From IMG/VR virus record IMGVR_UViG_3300030061_003170: 64,000 nucleotides of DNA. One strand, given 5' to 3'. Shown in pieces: positions 17,797 to 27,282 of this stretch (positions are counted from its first letter, which is position 1; each line of letters begins with the position of its first letter). The DNA is from a virus. A model generated the notes under the pieces. The model searched no databases and was not told where the DNA came from. It saw only the letters and a program-made list of their open reading frames with translations. The position numbers and the translations under genes were made by a program.

Positions 17797-17825
17797 AAGA
17801 TAACACGACATCATAAGTTTGTCAA
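17797..17825 (-). promoter_or_regulatory. sigma70-type promoter
   Basis: TTGACA-17-TATCTT with CGTGT. Confidence 0.7.
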
Positions 17826-17828
17826 GTA

Positions 17829-19325
17829 TTAATCCTCATCTTCTTCTAGATCTTTAAGTCTTCTCTCTATCTTTTTGACCTTTCTCTCTAACAAGTCTGC
17901 ATCAAAATCAGCAGTAAGAGCAAGTTTCTTATCTACATTGGCAAGTTTTGATTTCATCTCTTTTAGTTCCGCTTGAATCTTGGCATTAGCAGTTTGACAT
18001 GGTGGAGGTTGAGCACCTGCCAATCCATCGGCTTTTGCCTGTAATTCCATCTGCTTCATTTTCTGCTCATGCTTTTGTTCACTGTATTGAGTGTAAAATT
18101 TCCAAGCGGCTCCACCACCAACAACCGCTATGATTGCGAGCAGCAAGCCAAGAGTTCCGTCTCCACCGGTTGATTGAGATAGTTGGGTTAATTGCTCAGG
18201 TGTTACGGGTGCTGCTGGTTGCAGTTCGTATGACTCTGTCTTAGGTCCTAGTTTTGGGTCTTTCATTGATTTTTCTCCGCTTGATTTGTTAATATCAGAC
18301 CTTGAGCGTTTAGTTTTGGTTTTGTTTGATACAATGGGTGATTCTGCCGGAGCAGTTGTTACCACTTCAGTTGTATCTTTTTCAAGATCTTCAATTACGT
18401 CATATTTAATTAGTTCCTCAGAGGACACTTCTTCTTCTGGTTCTTCAGTAACTTCTGTTTTCTCTTCAACGGGTGAAACTTCTTCTGTTTCCTCCTCCTC
18501 TTCCGTTGGTTTCTCTTCCTCCTCCACAGGCTTTTCTTCTTCCATTGGTGGTTGTTTTTTCTTGCCAAAATCCATTGAGATGGACAGCATAAAATTAGTT
18601 GAACTTCCCAGGTTAGAGTTTGTTCCAATAGAAAACGCTGGCATTACAAAAACTTTACCAACCTTGCTTCTCGCCGCTATTGTAACCTGTGAAGGTATTT
18701 TGTCTTGTGTAAATCTAGTTGTGTATTCTAAGTTAAGTCGGTGCTTCTCTGTTCCAACATAAGTTCCAAAAGATGTCTCTAAAGAAACAGAAGACACGTC
18801 GTGTGTAATAGCGGAGACAGCAACACCATACTTCTCTTTTTTAATACCAGCAGATAACATAAACCCATTGGTAGAGTCTTTATTTACAGCATCAAACGAT
18901 TTTATACCAGCAAGACCGATCTCAGATTCACCAATGGCACCAAAGGCAATACCCGCAATCACATCAGTTGTTTGGAAAAACTCTGGTGGTGCTCGGGTTC
19001 CTGATGACTTTTGACCTGCTACATTTAAAGAAACAAACGGGTGCAAGTAATCGTCGCCGAATGATTTTTGGATGGATGCATCAAAATGACCTAAGTGCTC
19101 GATGTAAGGATCAAGTATCTCGCCGGTCGTTGTGCTCATAGAAACATAGGGGGTCGGTGAATAACCCATATTGATTCTAGTTGTTAGTTTGCTACTGACA
19201 TGAGGAGAGTTAACTCTTGCATAATCATCACCAACTGGGACATCATAAAGAAGATAATCTGGTACATCTTCTGCCTTTGCTACGAGCATTAGGGAGAAAA
19301 ATAAAACTAAGACTTTAAACAGCAT
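17829..19325 (-). CDS. Secreted beta-rich protein with acidic linker, C-terminal TM and coiled coil
   Basis: Signal peptide, alternating hydrophobic strands, E-rich linker, TM LGLLLAIIAVVGGGAAW. Confidence 0.7.
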   Translation of the reverse strand: MLFKVLVLFFSLMLVAKAEDVPDYLLYDVPVGDDYARVNSPHVSSKLTTRINMGYSPTPYVSMSTTTGEILDPYIEHLGHFDASIQKSFGDDYLHPFVSLNVAGQKSSGTRAPPEFFQTTDVIAGIAFGAIGESEIGLAGIKSFDAVNKDSTNGFMLSAGIKKEKYGVAVSAITHDVSSVSLETSFGTYVGTEKHRLNLEYTTRFTQDKIPSQVTIAARSKVGKVFVMPAFSIGTNSNLGSSTNFMLSISMDFGKKKQPPMEEEKPVEEEEKPTEEEEETEEVSPVEEKTEVTEEPEEEVSSEELIKYDVIEDLEKDTTEVVTTAPAESPIVSNKTKTKRSRSDINKSSGEKSMKDPKLGPKTESYELQPAAPVTPEQLTQLSQSTGGDGTLGLLLAIIAVVGGGAAWKFYTQYSEQKHEQKMKQMELQAKADGLAGAQPPPCQTANAKIQAELKEMKSKLANVDKKLALTADFDADLLERKVKKIERRLKDLEEDED

Positions 19326-19345
19326 AATACTGTAAATAGTTACAC

Positions 19346-19951
19346 TTACTCACTGTATCTAAAAACAGCAAACAAAAAGTTCTTTATCACACGTTCCGTA
19401 CAGTCCTCAGTTTCCTCGCACTCGTAAAGTGCCCAAGAAAAAGTTTTCTTTTCGTTATCAATCTTCGCTGTGATTTTTTCTATCTCTTCCTTCAGAGAAT
19501 CACAGAGAGGACCGAAATTTCTAGCGTTAACATCAAAGCGTTCAGCAAGATCAAACAAATCCCCCCACGAACCGTTATCAAAGGCCGCAGCAGCATCCTT
19601 AAAGGCTTGTTCATATTCATCATACCTTGGGTCTCCTTCTGGTAGACGATCAGGATGAAGTTTTTTGGCGAGATCTCGATACAACGACTTGTGTCTTACT
19701 TCTTTTGCTTTGTTCTCTACTATCTCTTCCTCTTCTTTAGGCACAGGTTTGTTAGAAAATAGTTTTTCAACCTTCTCTTGGTTCTGTTCGTGAAGAGCCT
19801 GTAGGTCTATGTCATTCTCTGCACAGTACTTCCTATAGGTTCTCTCAAAGATAAGATGATACTCGCTCAATACGTCCTCAACAAACTCAAGTTCAAAACG
19901 TAACGAACGATACTCACTCAATAATTTTTTAAACTTAAGTTTCTTCCTCAT
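19346..19951 (-). CDS. J-domain (DnaJ-like) protein
   Basis: YRDLAKKLHPDR with HPD motif. Confidence 0.8.
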   Translation of the reverse strand: MRKKLKFKKLLSEYRSLRFELEFVEDVLSEYHLIFERTYRKYCAENDIDLQALHEQNQEKVEKLFSNKPVPKEEEEIVENKAKEVRHKSLYRDLAKKLHPDRLPEGDPRYDEYEQAFKDAAAAFDNGSWGDLFDLAERFDVNARNFGPLCDSLKEEIEKITAKIDNEKKTFSWALYECEETEDCTERVIKNFLFAVFRYSE

Positions 19952-20855
19952 CGTATCCTAAATAGTCATTCCCGATTCCACGGGCCTTGTCGTTAACCAA
20001 AATGAAGTTTGGACGTTTGATTGGCTTCTCCATTGCTTTAAAGAATGCCATGTATTCTTCCCAAGATCCAATACTATGATAATTTTCAATTTCAATGCCA
20101 TTTGCATCATCAAGATCAAACGGCTCAAACACTTTCTCTACCTCAAAGAATCTTGCCGACCATCTGTCTTCAACCGGAAGACGTTCTCTATCTTTGTAGT
20201 CCACATACCCTTTCCCAGGAACATGTATCCCTGATCCGGTTCTTATCACTCTACGAAAGTTTAAGAAGTCGTCTTTGCCAAATGTAAAAGAAGTGTAGAG
20301 GTTATCCTTTATGGTCTCGCCATTATGGGAAATGTAGAAGTTTTTATCAGATGAAATCAGACCACGATGCTCTCGCAACTGCCATGATGGAAAGTATCCA
20401 TAAGGGAAACTGACATAGTATTTGTTCGGCACAACCCAGGTTGATAAGTCACTAGCAATCTTAAAGCACACTAGTGAGCCATAAATAACAGACCATGATA
20501 AACAGTCTCTCTTGTCCCTATCTTTTGGATGAACCGGAACATAATAGATTGGAATAAATTTTTTCTTCTCGGAAGGGTTCCAATCGTGTCTTCGATAAGA
20601 ATAAACAGGATCCTCAACAAAGTCTCCCAGTTTCTCGCGTATTAAAGGCGATGCATCATCATTACAAATAACCCAAATTGTGTCACAGCCAGCGTAAGCA
20701 CACTCCACCACCGCTGCTTCAATCAGCGTGTAATCCGGCGCTATTGGCATCAAACAATCAGGGAGAACCTGGTTGAAGTCTAACTTTTGACCTGCAACTG
20801 GTACTATGCCAGCGAGGTGGAAGTAATTGGTATTATGCTCCTTAGTAACTTCCAT
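19935..20855 (-). CDS. Sugar-nucleotidyltransferase-like protein (degenerate)
   Basis: AGIVPVAG...PDCLMPIA...AGCDTIWVI resembles the NTP_transferase N-terminus. Confidence 0.65.
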   Translation of the reverse strand: MEVTKEHNTNYFHLAGIVPVAGQKLDFNQVLPDCLMPIAPDYTLIEAAVVECAYAGCDTIWVICNDDASPLIREKLGDFVEDPVYSYRRHDWNPSEKKKFIPIYYVPVHPKDRDKRDCLSWSVIYGSLVCFKIASDLSTWVVPNKYYVSFPYGYFPSWQLREHRGLISSDKNFYISHNGETIKDNLYTSFTFGKDDFLNFRRVIRTGSGIHVPGKGYVDYKDRERLPVEDRWSARFFEVEKVFEPFDLDDANGIEIENYHSIGSWEEYMAFFKAMEKPIKRPNFILVNDKARGIGNDYLGYDEEET

Positions 20856-21589
20856 GCGTATGACTCCTCCTGTGTCAAATTGTAAATCTCATCAAAGGTC
20901 ATTGGTGACTCAAAACGGTTAAGGACAATTCTTTTTTCCCACTCAATTTTAGTTCTGTGGATGATTGGATTGCCATTGTCTCTGTAACCGCTAATTTTAC
21001 CTTTTAAACCGGCATCAGACATCATAGAGAGGCTTTTAAGTCTAGAGTAGACAGATGACACCTCTAGATCATCCAACGATGTCTCAGGGCATTGTGAGAC
21101 CGCTATGAGGTCTCTAATGTTTGGCTTGGTTGGTCTTGGATAAAAAATGATTTTGTTTACGAAATCATTCTCTGTGTCCTGGATGTAATCTCTATCATGA
21201 GCGCCACCAACTCTGCACCAAAAATAGTCGTATACATCAATAATTTTGCTTTTGTTTGTATCAAAATGCTGAACCTTGTCGCATTCAACAACAAAGTTTC
21301 TGTTCCTCTTGTTAATAATCTCAACTTGACCTCCTTCATGTCTTAAAGATTGTATATTGTCTGGGAATAAAAGAAGACCGGAAGCGTTCATTACGAAGCA
21401 CATCCGATCCCATAGAGATATTGGTGTCACGTCACCAAACATAGAAAAATCGTAAAGATCAAAATTCGAACAAAACTCAAAAGGTCGCTGCGCCTCATGC
21501 AAAATGCAGTGACTGTTTGTTCTGAAAGCGTAAAGAAGCGTTGAAAACGTTTTCCCAATAACTAAATTTTCAACTCTTATCTTCTTCAC
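20804..21589 (-). CDS. Hypothetical protein with degenerate FAD-Rossmann-like N-terminus
   Basis: NLVIGKTFSTLLYA. Confidence 0.5.
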   Translation of the reverse strand: MKKIRVENLVIGKTFSTLLYAFRTNSHCILHEAQRPFEFCSNFDLYDFSMFGDVTPISLWDRMCFVMNASGLLLFPDNIQSLRHEGGQVEIINKRNRNFVVECDKVQHFDTNKSKIIDVYDYFWCRVGGAHDRDYIQDTENDFVNKIIFYPRPTKPNIRDLIAVSQCPETSLDDLEVSSVYSRLKSLSMMSDAGLKGKISGYRDNGNPIIHRTKIEWEKRIVLNRFESPMTFDEIYNLTQEESYAWKLLRSIIPITSTSLA

Positions 21590-22304
21590 TTAGGCCTCTG
21601 ACTTTTCTGTACGATTCAATTGCAACCGGCCATCTTTCTCTCGCTATTTCCAAGCATGCTTTTGCCACCTGTACTATTTCCCATTGGGCACCTTCGTGAA
21701 TTCTCAAATCGATAAACTTTAGCAAGTTGTTCAAGTTCACAGTACCATAATATTCTGTGTAAAGGTTCTGAGGAAGTACTCCTCTTGCCTGTTCTCTACA
21801 GACACCAGCAGCCAATAAGTCGTCAAACAATTTAACACTGGTCTTATGATGGTTGGCTATCATAGTGGATGCCAAGACAGGTATTGGGTGAGAACAAGCA
21901 GGGTTATATCTTTGCAGCATTGGATTACAAGTATCATCAGGATTACTTGCCTGTCTATTACTCTTGTGCTGGCTTCGGAACTCTTTTGGTTCGTAAAATC
22001 GGAGATCCTTATCTGTATATCGGCGAGAAATCTCATTATAAGACCACGTTCTGTGTCTGTGGTGTTGTGAACGGATAAACAAGGGCACTGTGAACTTAAA
22101 TGTCATAACATTGTGTTCAAACGTGCTAGTGTGTTTGTGTTTGATAAGGTAATTAATTAATTTCTTATCTCGACCATTCAGTTCTTGCTTTTCTACTCCA
22201 AATGATACTCTGGCAGAATTTACTACGGTGAGATCCGAACCCATATGGTCAATGTATTGAACTTTTCCAATACCATCTCCAAACAATTCAATTTCGTTAC
22301 TCAC
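21570..22304 (-). CDS. thyX: Flavin-dependent thymidylate synthase
   Basis: SARVS, HTSTFEH, RHRTWSYNEISRRY, REQARGVLP, AQWEI. Confidence 0.95.
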   Translation of the reverse strand: MSNEIELFGDGIGKVQYIDHMGSDLTVVNSARVSFGVEKQELNGRDKKLINYLIKHKHTSTFEHNVMTFKFTVPLFIRSQHHRHRTWSYNEISRRYTDKDLRFYEPKEFRSQHKSNRQASNPDDTCNPMLQRYNPACSHPIPVLASTMIANHHKTSVKLFDDLLAAGVCREQARGVLPQNLYTEYYGTVNLNNLLKFIDLRIHEGAQWEIVQVAKACLEIARERWPVAIESYRKVRGLSEEDKS

Positions 22305-22572
22305 TTGCTCTCCCGAATACATAATTCTGTAGCATTAAATAGTGTGTCGTATCGTTTGTTTTCACTTCGTGAAGCATACGACGTTCACATACAATAATGT
22401 CTCCTACTTCAACCGGTATGTCAACATTTTTTGCTTTTGCCAGTACTTGAGCATGCAAATAAGGCGACTTTTGCGGCTTGTATTCATTTGGCAGAACAAT
22501 TACATTCTGCTCTTCTTCATTGTCTTCAATAGGCTCAATTAATAGATGCCTGTTCATTGGTTCAAAGTTCAT
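22297..22572 (-). CDS. groES: Co-chaperonin GroES
   Basis: FEPMNRHLLIEP, IVLP, VEVGDII. Confidence 0.8.
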   Translation of the reverse strand: MNFEPMNRHLLIEPIEDNEEEQNVIVLPNEYKPQKSPYLHAQVLAKAKNVDIPVEVGDIIVCERRMLHEVKTNDTTHYLMLQNYVFGRASE

Positions 22573-22583
22573 GTTACCTCCAT

Positions 22584-22633
22584 AAAAAACTCCAACGTAC
22601 TAATAATATAATACGTTGGAGGGTGTTTGTCAA
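22584..22633 (-). promoter_or_regulatory. Combined terminator and sigma70 promoter
   Basis: TTGACA-17-TATATT, with the -10 in the loop of a 10-bp CTCCAACGTA/TACGTTGGAG stem followed by T6. Confidence 0.75.
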
Positions 22634-22645
22634 GTTATTTTTTAA

Positions 22646-22834
22646 TTATTGATGAGAATTTTTAACTTCTTGAACTTGCTTTCTGACTTCTTTTAGTTCC
22701 TTTGAGGCCTCAAGGGTTGCTCGTCGTGCGCGAACTGCAGCAGCCTTGTACCCTCTGGTTCCTTTCTCAACTAACTCAAGATCCAAAAGTGACTCTTGAA
22801 GTTCAGCAATAATTTTTTCTACTTGTTCTCTCAT
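22646..22834 (-). CDS. Histone H1-like Hc1-family protein
   Basis: EKG...KAAAVRARRATLE..KELKEVRK. Confidence 0.7.
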   Translation of the reverse strand: MREQVEKIIAELQESLLDLELVEKGTRGYKAAAVRARRATLEASKELKEVRKQVQEVKNSHQ

Positions 22835-22846
22835 GTTTTTTCTCCT

Positions 22847-24703
22847 TTAGAAAATTTCGCAAGCACCACCGGCGCAAGCCAATTCGCCCTGCAGATCTGT
22901 ATTATCTTCTTCTTCCGATACTTTTGATAAATCAACAGATTTCAAAGATGGAAGCAGTGTCTCATATTCTTCTTTTGTACAGTCCTCAAAAGGTGCTTGT
23001 TTATAACTATGGTCCGAATGAGGTAAAACACTAAGCCCGTTGTAAACTTTTCTGTTCAGCCACATCCATTCACCTACTGCTCCCCACTCATCTGGCTTGA
23101 TTGTAATGGTCGCAGAAACATTATGTGAATTCTGACCTTTAATGTGCCCTGTACGTATCCATTCTTGTGACACTTGTCTTACCCTTTCTAAGAGTTGAAG
23201 CGCGGTCTCATGGCGTGTTATGGCTCCCTCTGGGGCTTTTTGAGGCACACTAATCACTGCTGTATCATGTGGTCTGAAATACTCATCCTCAATCATGGCA
23301 GGGTGATTTTTTGCCAAGTAATTGTAGATCGCTTCATTCTTTCCAACACGAATTCGACGAACGTAATATTCATTGTGCCATGCATGGATCCCACTTGACG
23401 TTCCAAGAGTAAGAGAAGTTGTTCCTGCAGGTTTTACACAAGTTGTTCTTGCGGCTGGATTGATGCCAATCATTTCTGCAACTCTTTTATTCTCCTCCTT
23501 GACCGCCTTAGCGGCTGCTTTCATATCCAAGTTCAATACACCACCGGAAGCGATACCAGTCATAGATACTCCAATCAAAGCATCTTTCTCTGTATTTCGT
23601 TGCCATACTGGTCGTAAGTAATGAAAGTCAGTGTAACTGGCCTGTAGTGTTCCAATGAACGCTGCTGCTTTGACTCTGGCCTCGTACTCTTCTTGTGTGT
23701 CAACATCACTAACGTTTACTTCTGTTAAATTACAGAATTGGTATGGTCTTAAACCGATCTCACAGCAAGGGTTGGTTCCCCAGTCTTTATCATTGGAGAA
23801 ATAAAATCCTGGCTCTCCTGATCCACTTGCTTTAACTCTGTCCCAAATATCCAAAAACGTATCGCGGTCAATACGATGGCGCATGATAACCACACTGTTA
23901 TTTGCACGACCTCTCTGAGGGTTAGTCTCCCACCAACTACCAACTTTGGCAGACAGCATATCTTGATCGTCAGCACTGAAAAGAGAGATAAGAGCGGCTC
24001 TGCGAATACCGCCAGCAAGCACAGCATCAGCGATGTGACAAACGATATCGTGTACTTCAATAGGCGCAAGAGTCTCTCCATTTTCTTTGTGATCTAAAAT
24101 TCCTTTAATCTTCAACAAACACTCTTTCAGTGGCTGGGAGCCTGGTGCTTTTCCACCACTAGTTACCAGTCTAGCGCCTTTTGGGCGAATATCTGAGAAA
24201 TCAAATCTTAACTGTGATGTCCCCTTGAAATAAGAGAGAACAAGGGCCTTAACGGCATCTGCCCATCCTTCAATTGAGTCTCCAATGAGATAACGCCTAG
24301 TTCTTTTGGTCGATGGTCTACGGATCTCTGGTAGTTTCTCGACGTGATGCTTCTGCACTGAGAAGCCCACTCCGGTTCCTCCTAAGAGAAGAAACATAAT
24401 TTCACCAAAGACTCGAGGGTCATCAATAGGAGCAAAAGCACAATTGAAAACACGATTGGGAGATACTTGGATTGGCTTACCACCGAACTGCATTGAACGC
24501 ATAGATGGCAAAACTTTCTTGTCAAGCACCATTTGATAATTATCTTTTATCTCTTTTCTCATCTTAGGGAATTTCTCTAAGTGCATATTCATGTTGCGAG
24601 TAACCAGTTCCTTCCAGTTCTCACGACGATTCTCGCTGTCTATGTATCTCGCATACTTCATATGGACAGTGATGTCCGATAGTATTTTCTTCTCCAAATC
24701 CAT
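22847..24703 (-). CDS. nrdJ: Class II (adenosylcobalamin) ribonucleotide reductase
   Basis: FNCA, GTGVGFSV, GGIRRAA, TNPCCEI, FCNLTE, TCVKPAGT, C-terminal CAGGAC. Confidence 0.95.
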   Translation of the reverse strand: MDLEKKILSDITVHMKYARYIDSENRRENWKELVTRNMNMHLEKFPKMRKEIKDNYQMVLDKKVLPSMRSMQFGGKPIQVSPNRVFNCAFAPIDDPRVFGEIMFLLLGGTGVGFSVQKHHVEKLPEIRRPSTKRTRRYLIGDSIEGWADAVKALVLSYFKGTSQLRFDFSDIRPKGARLVTSGGKAPGSQPLKECLLKIKGILDHKENGETLAPIEVHDIVCHIADAVLAGGIRRAALISLFSADDQDMLSAKVGSWWETNPQRGRANNSVVIMRHRIDRDTFLDIWDRVKASGSGEPGFYFSNDKDWGTNPCCEIGLRPYQFCNLTEVNVSDVDTQEEYEARVKAAAFIGTLQASYTDFHYLRPVWQRNTEKDALIGVSMTGIASGGVLNLDMKAAAKAVKEENKRVAEMIGINPAARTTCVKPAGTTSLTLGTSSGIHAWHNEYYVRRIRVGKNEAIYNYLAKNHPAMIEDEYFRPHDTAVISVPQKAPEGAITRHETALQLLERVRQVSQEWIRTGHIKGQNSHNVSATITIKPDEWGAVGEWMWLNRKVYNGLSVLPHSDHSYKQAPFEDCTKEEYETLLPSLKSVDLSKVSEEEDNTDLQGELACAGGACEIF

Positions 24704-24713
24704 TTACGTCTCC

Positions 24714-26066
24714 TTATTTGCTTTGTAATTCTGAATATTTGTTTTTTAAATAGGATAATGCATCACCTGTTGACTGCATCCCTTCGCTTTTTTCTTCTTT
24801 GTCGAGGACCTTGATTGTAACGTCAGACCAATCGACAAAGCAAGGAAACACCAAACCATCAGGACCATTTCGGTTTTTTGCAATAAAAATGCGACCTTTG
24901 TTTGCTTGTTTGTCCGTAACCGTTCGAGACAACGAAAAAATAAAATCAGCAACAAAACACTTGTTAAAAGCCTCAGAAATTGCCTCCATTGTAATAACTT
25001 CCGCATTAAGACCACCGCGATTGGTCTGAGAAGCAGTCCATACAGGCATTTCGTAGATTTGAGCCAATGCACGAAGGCTTTCATATGTCTCCTCAAGTTC
25101 GTGTCTTTTTTCGCCAGATGATCTCGTTGGTCTTAGAAGATCAGCATAATCTACAAGGATCATGTCTGGTTTCATTCCTTTCTTAATCAAGCGGTCAACG
25201 TGTCCACGAATTGTTTGAACAGAAGCAGACTTTGTTGGGTACTCTTTAATAATTAGTGTCCCTTCAACATCTTGGATCATGTCCATAATCATTTCTTGTT
25301 GATCCAGCAATTCGTTCAAAGGCACCTTTGTAAGGGCACTATCGAAACGTCCGCCAACTACGGTATCCTTGAGTTCTAAGGTATAATAGACAACAGTCTT
25401 ACCTTTTTTAAGAGCCTCGGCTGCAAGGTGAACAAGAACCATAGATTTACCAGCACCTGTTGGAGCGATAACAACACCAAGTTCATTCTTCCCTAAACCG
25501 CCCTTTACAATATCATCAATACGTTCCCAGCCTGTAGTGATTGGTGATCTATGAATCCTCTGAAATCTCTTGAGGGCATCAACGTGATAATCATGTCCAA
25601 AGTTATTATCTGTACCAAGTTTCATGGCATCTTCAATAACCTTTGAAATCTCATCAAAAGAAGATGATTTCAGCAACTTAACCGACTTTATCATAGCACC
25701 CTTGAGGGTTTGTTTACGGCAGAAGTCGATTGCCTTGTCCTTGATGTATTCTGCTTCTTGCACTCCTTCAGAGTTGTAAATTCTGGCATAGAAGTGACGT
25801 ACTTGGTCAGCAACAACCTTATCTTGGTTTTGCATACCTGATTTAAGTTCTGTCATCATAATCTCGTGATTAGGATGGCTACGGTATCTTTCTCTATAAC
25901 TTAGCAAAACCTCAATGAAAACCTGTAAGTACTTCAACTCAAAAAAGGATACATCGATTACTTCTGATACTTGGTCACAGAATGGTCGATCATCTAGCAT
26001 AAGTTGGCAAAGATTTTCTTGAAAAGATTTTCCAAAACGTAGAAAAGTCTCTTTCTCGTCTAACAT
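24714..26066 (-). CDS. Replicative helicase (DnaB/gp41 family)
   Basis: APTGAGKS Walker A, ILVDYAD, TASQTNR, KNRNG. Confidence 0.93.
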   Translation of the reverse strand: MLDEKETFLRFGKSFQENLCQLMLDDRPFCDQVSEVIDVSFFELKYLQVFIEVLLSYRERYRSHPNHEIMMTELKSGMQNQDKVVADQVRHFYARIYNSEGVQEAEYIKDKAIDFCRKQTLKGAMIKSVKLLKSSSFDEISKVIEDAMKLGTDNNFGHDYHVDALKRFQRIHRSPITTGWERIDDIVKGGLGKNELGVVIAPTGAGKSMVLVHLAAEALKKGKTVVYYTLELKDTVVGGRFDSALTKVPLNELLDQQEMIMDMIQDVEGTLIIKEYPTKSASVQTIRGHVDRLIKKGMKPDMILVDYADLLRPTRSSGEKRHELEETYESLRALAQIYEMPVWTASQTNRGGLNAEVITMEAISEAFNKCFVADFIFSLSRTVTDKQANKGRIFIAKNRNGPDGLVFPCFVDWSDVTIKVLDKEEKSEGMQSTGDALSYLKNKYSELQSK

Positions 26067-26096
26067 AATTTCTCCAGTGTTTGTGTGTGTGTTTTA

Positions 26097-26124
26097 ATTA
26101 TAACATGACCGCTTGAAAAGTCAA
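26097..26124 (-). promoter_or_regulatory. sigma70-type promoter
   Basis: TTGACT-16-TATAAT with TGT. Confidence 0.65.
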
Positions 26125-27074
26125 GTTGTTTTTATTTTTTTCATAACTCGATTTAAATTATCAAAGTTTAAATGCCCACAATCGTCTTCAAACAACATCT
26201 TGACGAAGCCCATTTTACTGTATGCTGGTTCAAAGTTTTGCAAAGCATATTCCAGTTGCATTTTACCCTGAATAGAGATGTTAGGGTGCTTTAATTGCAT
26301 GATCTGATAATTGTTTTTTATACGGGAATCCAGCCTGATAATGTTCTCGTGTAACTTGAGCCTTTTTGCAGCCATGTGGCAGTTTTTGAGAATCGTCTCG
26401 CAATCAAATTCTTCTTTGAGAGACAAGAAAGGAAAACGTTTGGCAACTGTTTTGATACCAGCACCAGGAACACCTTCCAGGTTATCTGATTTGTCTCCCA
26501 CAATTGCTCTAGCAAGGGCAAAATTGTTGGGATGAATGCTGAACTCATCAATAATGTCTTGTTCGCAAACCAGTTTGTCTTGAATCGGTCTATAAACGCA
26601 AGTGTCCTCTGAACAGAGTTGAAAGAAGTCTTTATCTGAGGAAACAATAATTTTATTCCATCCGTCATACTTAATGTTCCTTGCTCCAAAAGCAATAACA
26701 TCGTCTGCTTCAACAAAGTCAATAACCAATTGAATGATAGGTAATTCATTTAGATACTCCATAAGCCTAAGAAGTTGATAGGCTTTATTCTCCTCTTGTT
26801 TCTCTGGTGGTAGATCTATTAATCTCCGATTGAATCGGATGGGTGCTCGACCTGCCTTGTAATTTTTGTTTAGTTGCTTACGTTTTTGAGAGCCACCATG
26901 ACCATCCCAACAAACTACAACCTCATCTGGGCTGAACTTATTACAGGTTTTCTGTAGTGATTTTAGAAATCCAATGCAGCCACCAATTGGATTACCGTGT
27001 TTATCCATTGTAGGATTAACTATGTATGACCTAATAAACATGTTTAGGCCATCAATCAACATTACTGTGCTCAT
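26121..27074 (-). CDS. 5'-3' exonuclease / flap endonuclease (T4 RNase H-like)
   Basis: LIDGLN, YKAGR, EADD, SSDKDFFQ, GDKSDNLEGVPGAG. Confidence 0.93.
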   Translation of the reverse strand: MSTVMLIDGLNMFIRSYIVNPTMDKHGNPIGGCIGFLKSLQKTCNKFSPDEVVVCWDGHGGSQKRKQLNKNYKAGRAPIRFNRRLIDLPPEKQEENKAYQLLRLMEYLNELPIIQLVIDFVEADDVIAFGARNIKYDGWNKIIVSSDKDFFQLCSEDTCVYRPIQDKLVCEQDIIDEFSIHPNNFALARAIVGDKSDNLEGVPGAGIKTVAKRFPFLSLKEEFDCETILKNCHMAAKRLKLHENIIRLDSRIKNNYQIMQLKHPNISIQGKMQLEYALQNFEPAYSKMGFVKMLFEDDCGHLNFDNLNRVMKKIKTT

Positions 27075-27226
27075 TTGTCCTCCAGGATTATATATGTACA
27101 CTTGTCTTTAGGATAATGAAACTCAATGTTGCCCTTTTCATTTGTGAAAACAATTTTTTCTGGTCTTTCTTCAATAAGATAACCTACGAATTCGCCATTC
27201 TTATGGGTCACTTTTATCTTCTTCAT
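27071..27226 (-). CDS. 51-aa hypothetical protein (not in ORF track)
   Basis: MKKIKVTHKNGEFVGYLIEERPEKIVFTNEKGNIEFHYPKDKCTYIILEDK; GGAGG SD, ATGA coupling. Confidence 0.65.
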   Translation of the reverse strand: MKKIKVTHKNGEFVGYLIEERPEKIVFTNEKGNIEFHYPKDKCTYIILEDK

Positions 27227-27243
27227 TTTGTCCTCCTATAGAT

Positions 27244-27271
27244 AATGTAACATGATCAGGTGATTTGTCAA
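27244..27271 (-). promoter_or_regulatory. sigma70-type promoter
   Basis: TTGACA-16-TACATT. Confidence 0.7.
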
Positions 27272-27282
27272 GTAGAAACAAT

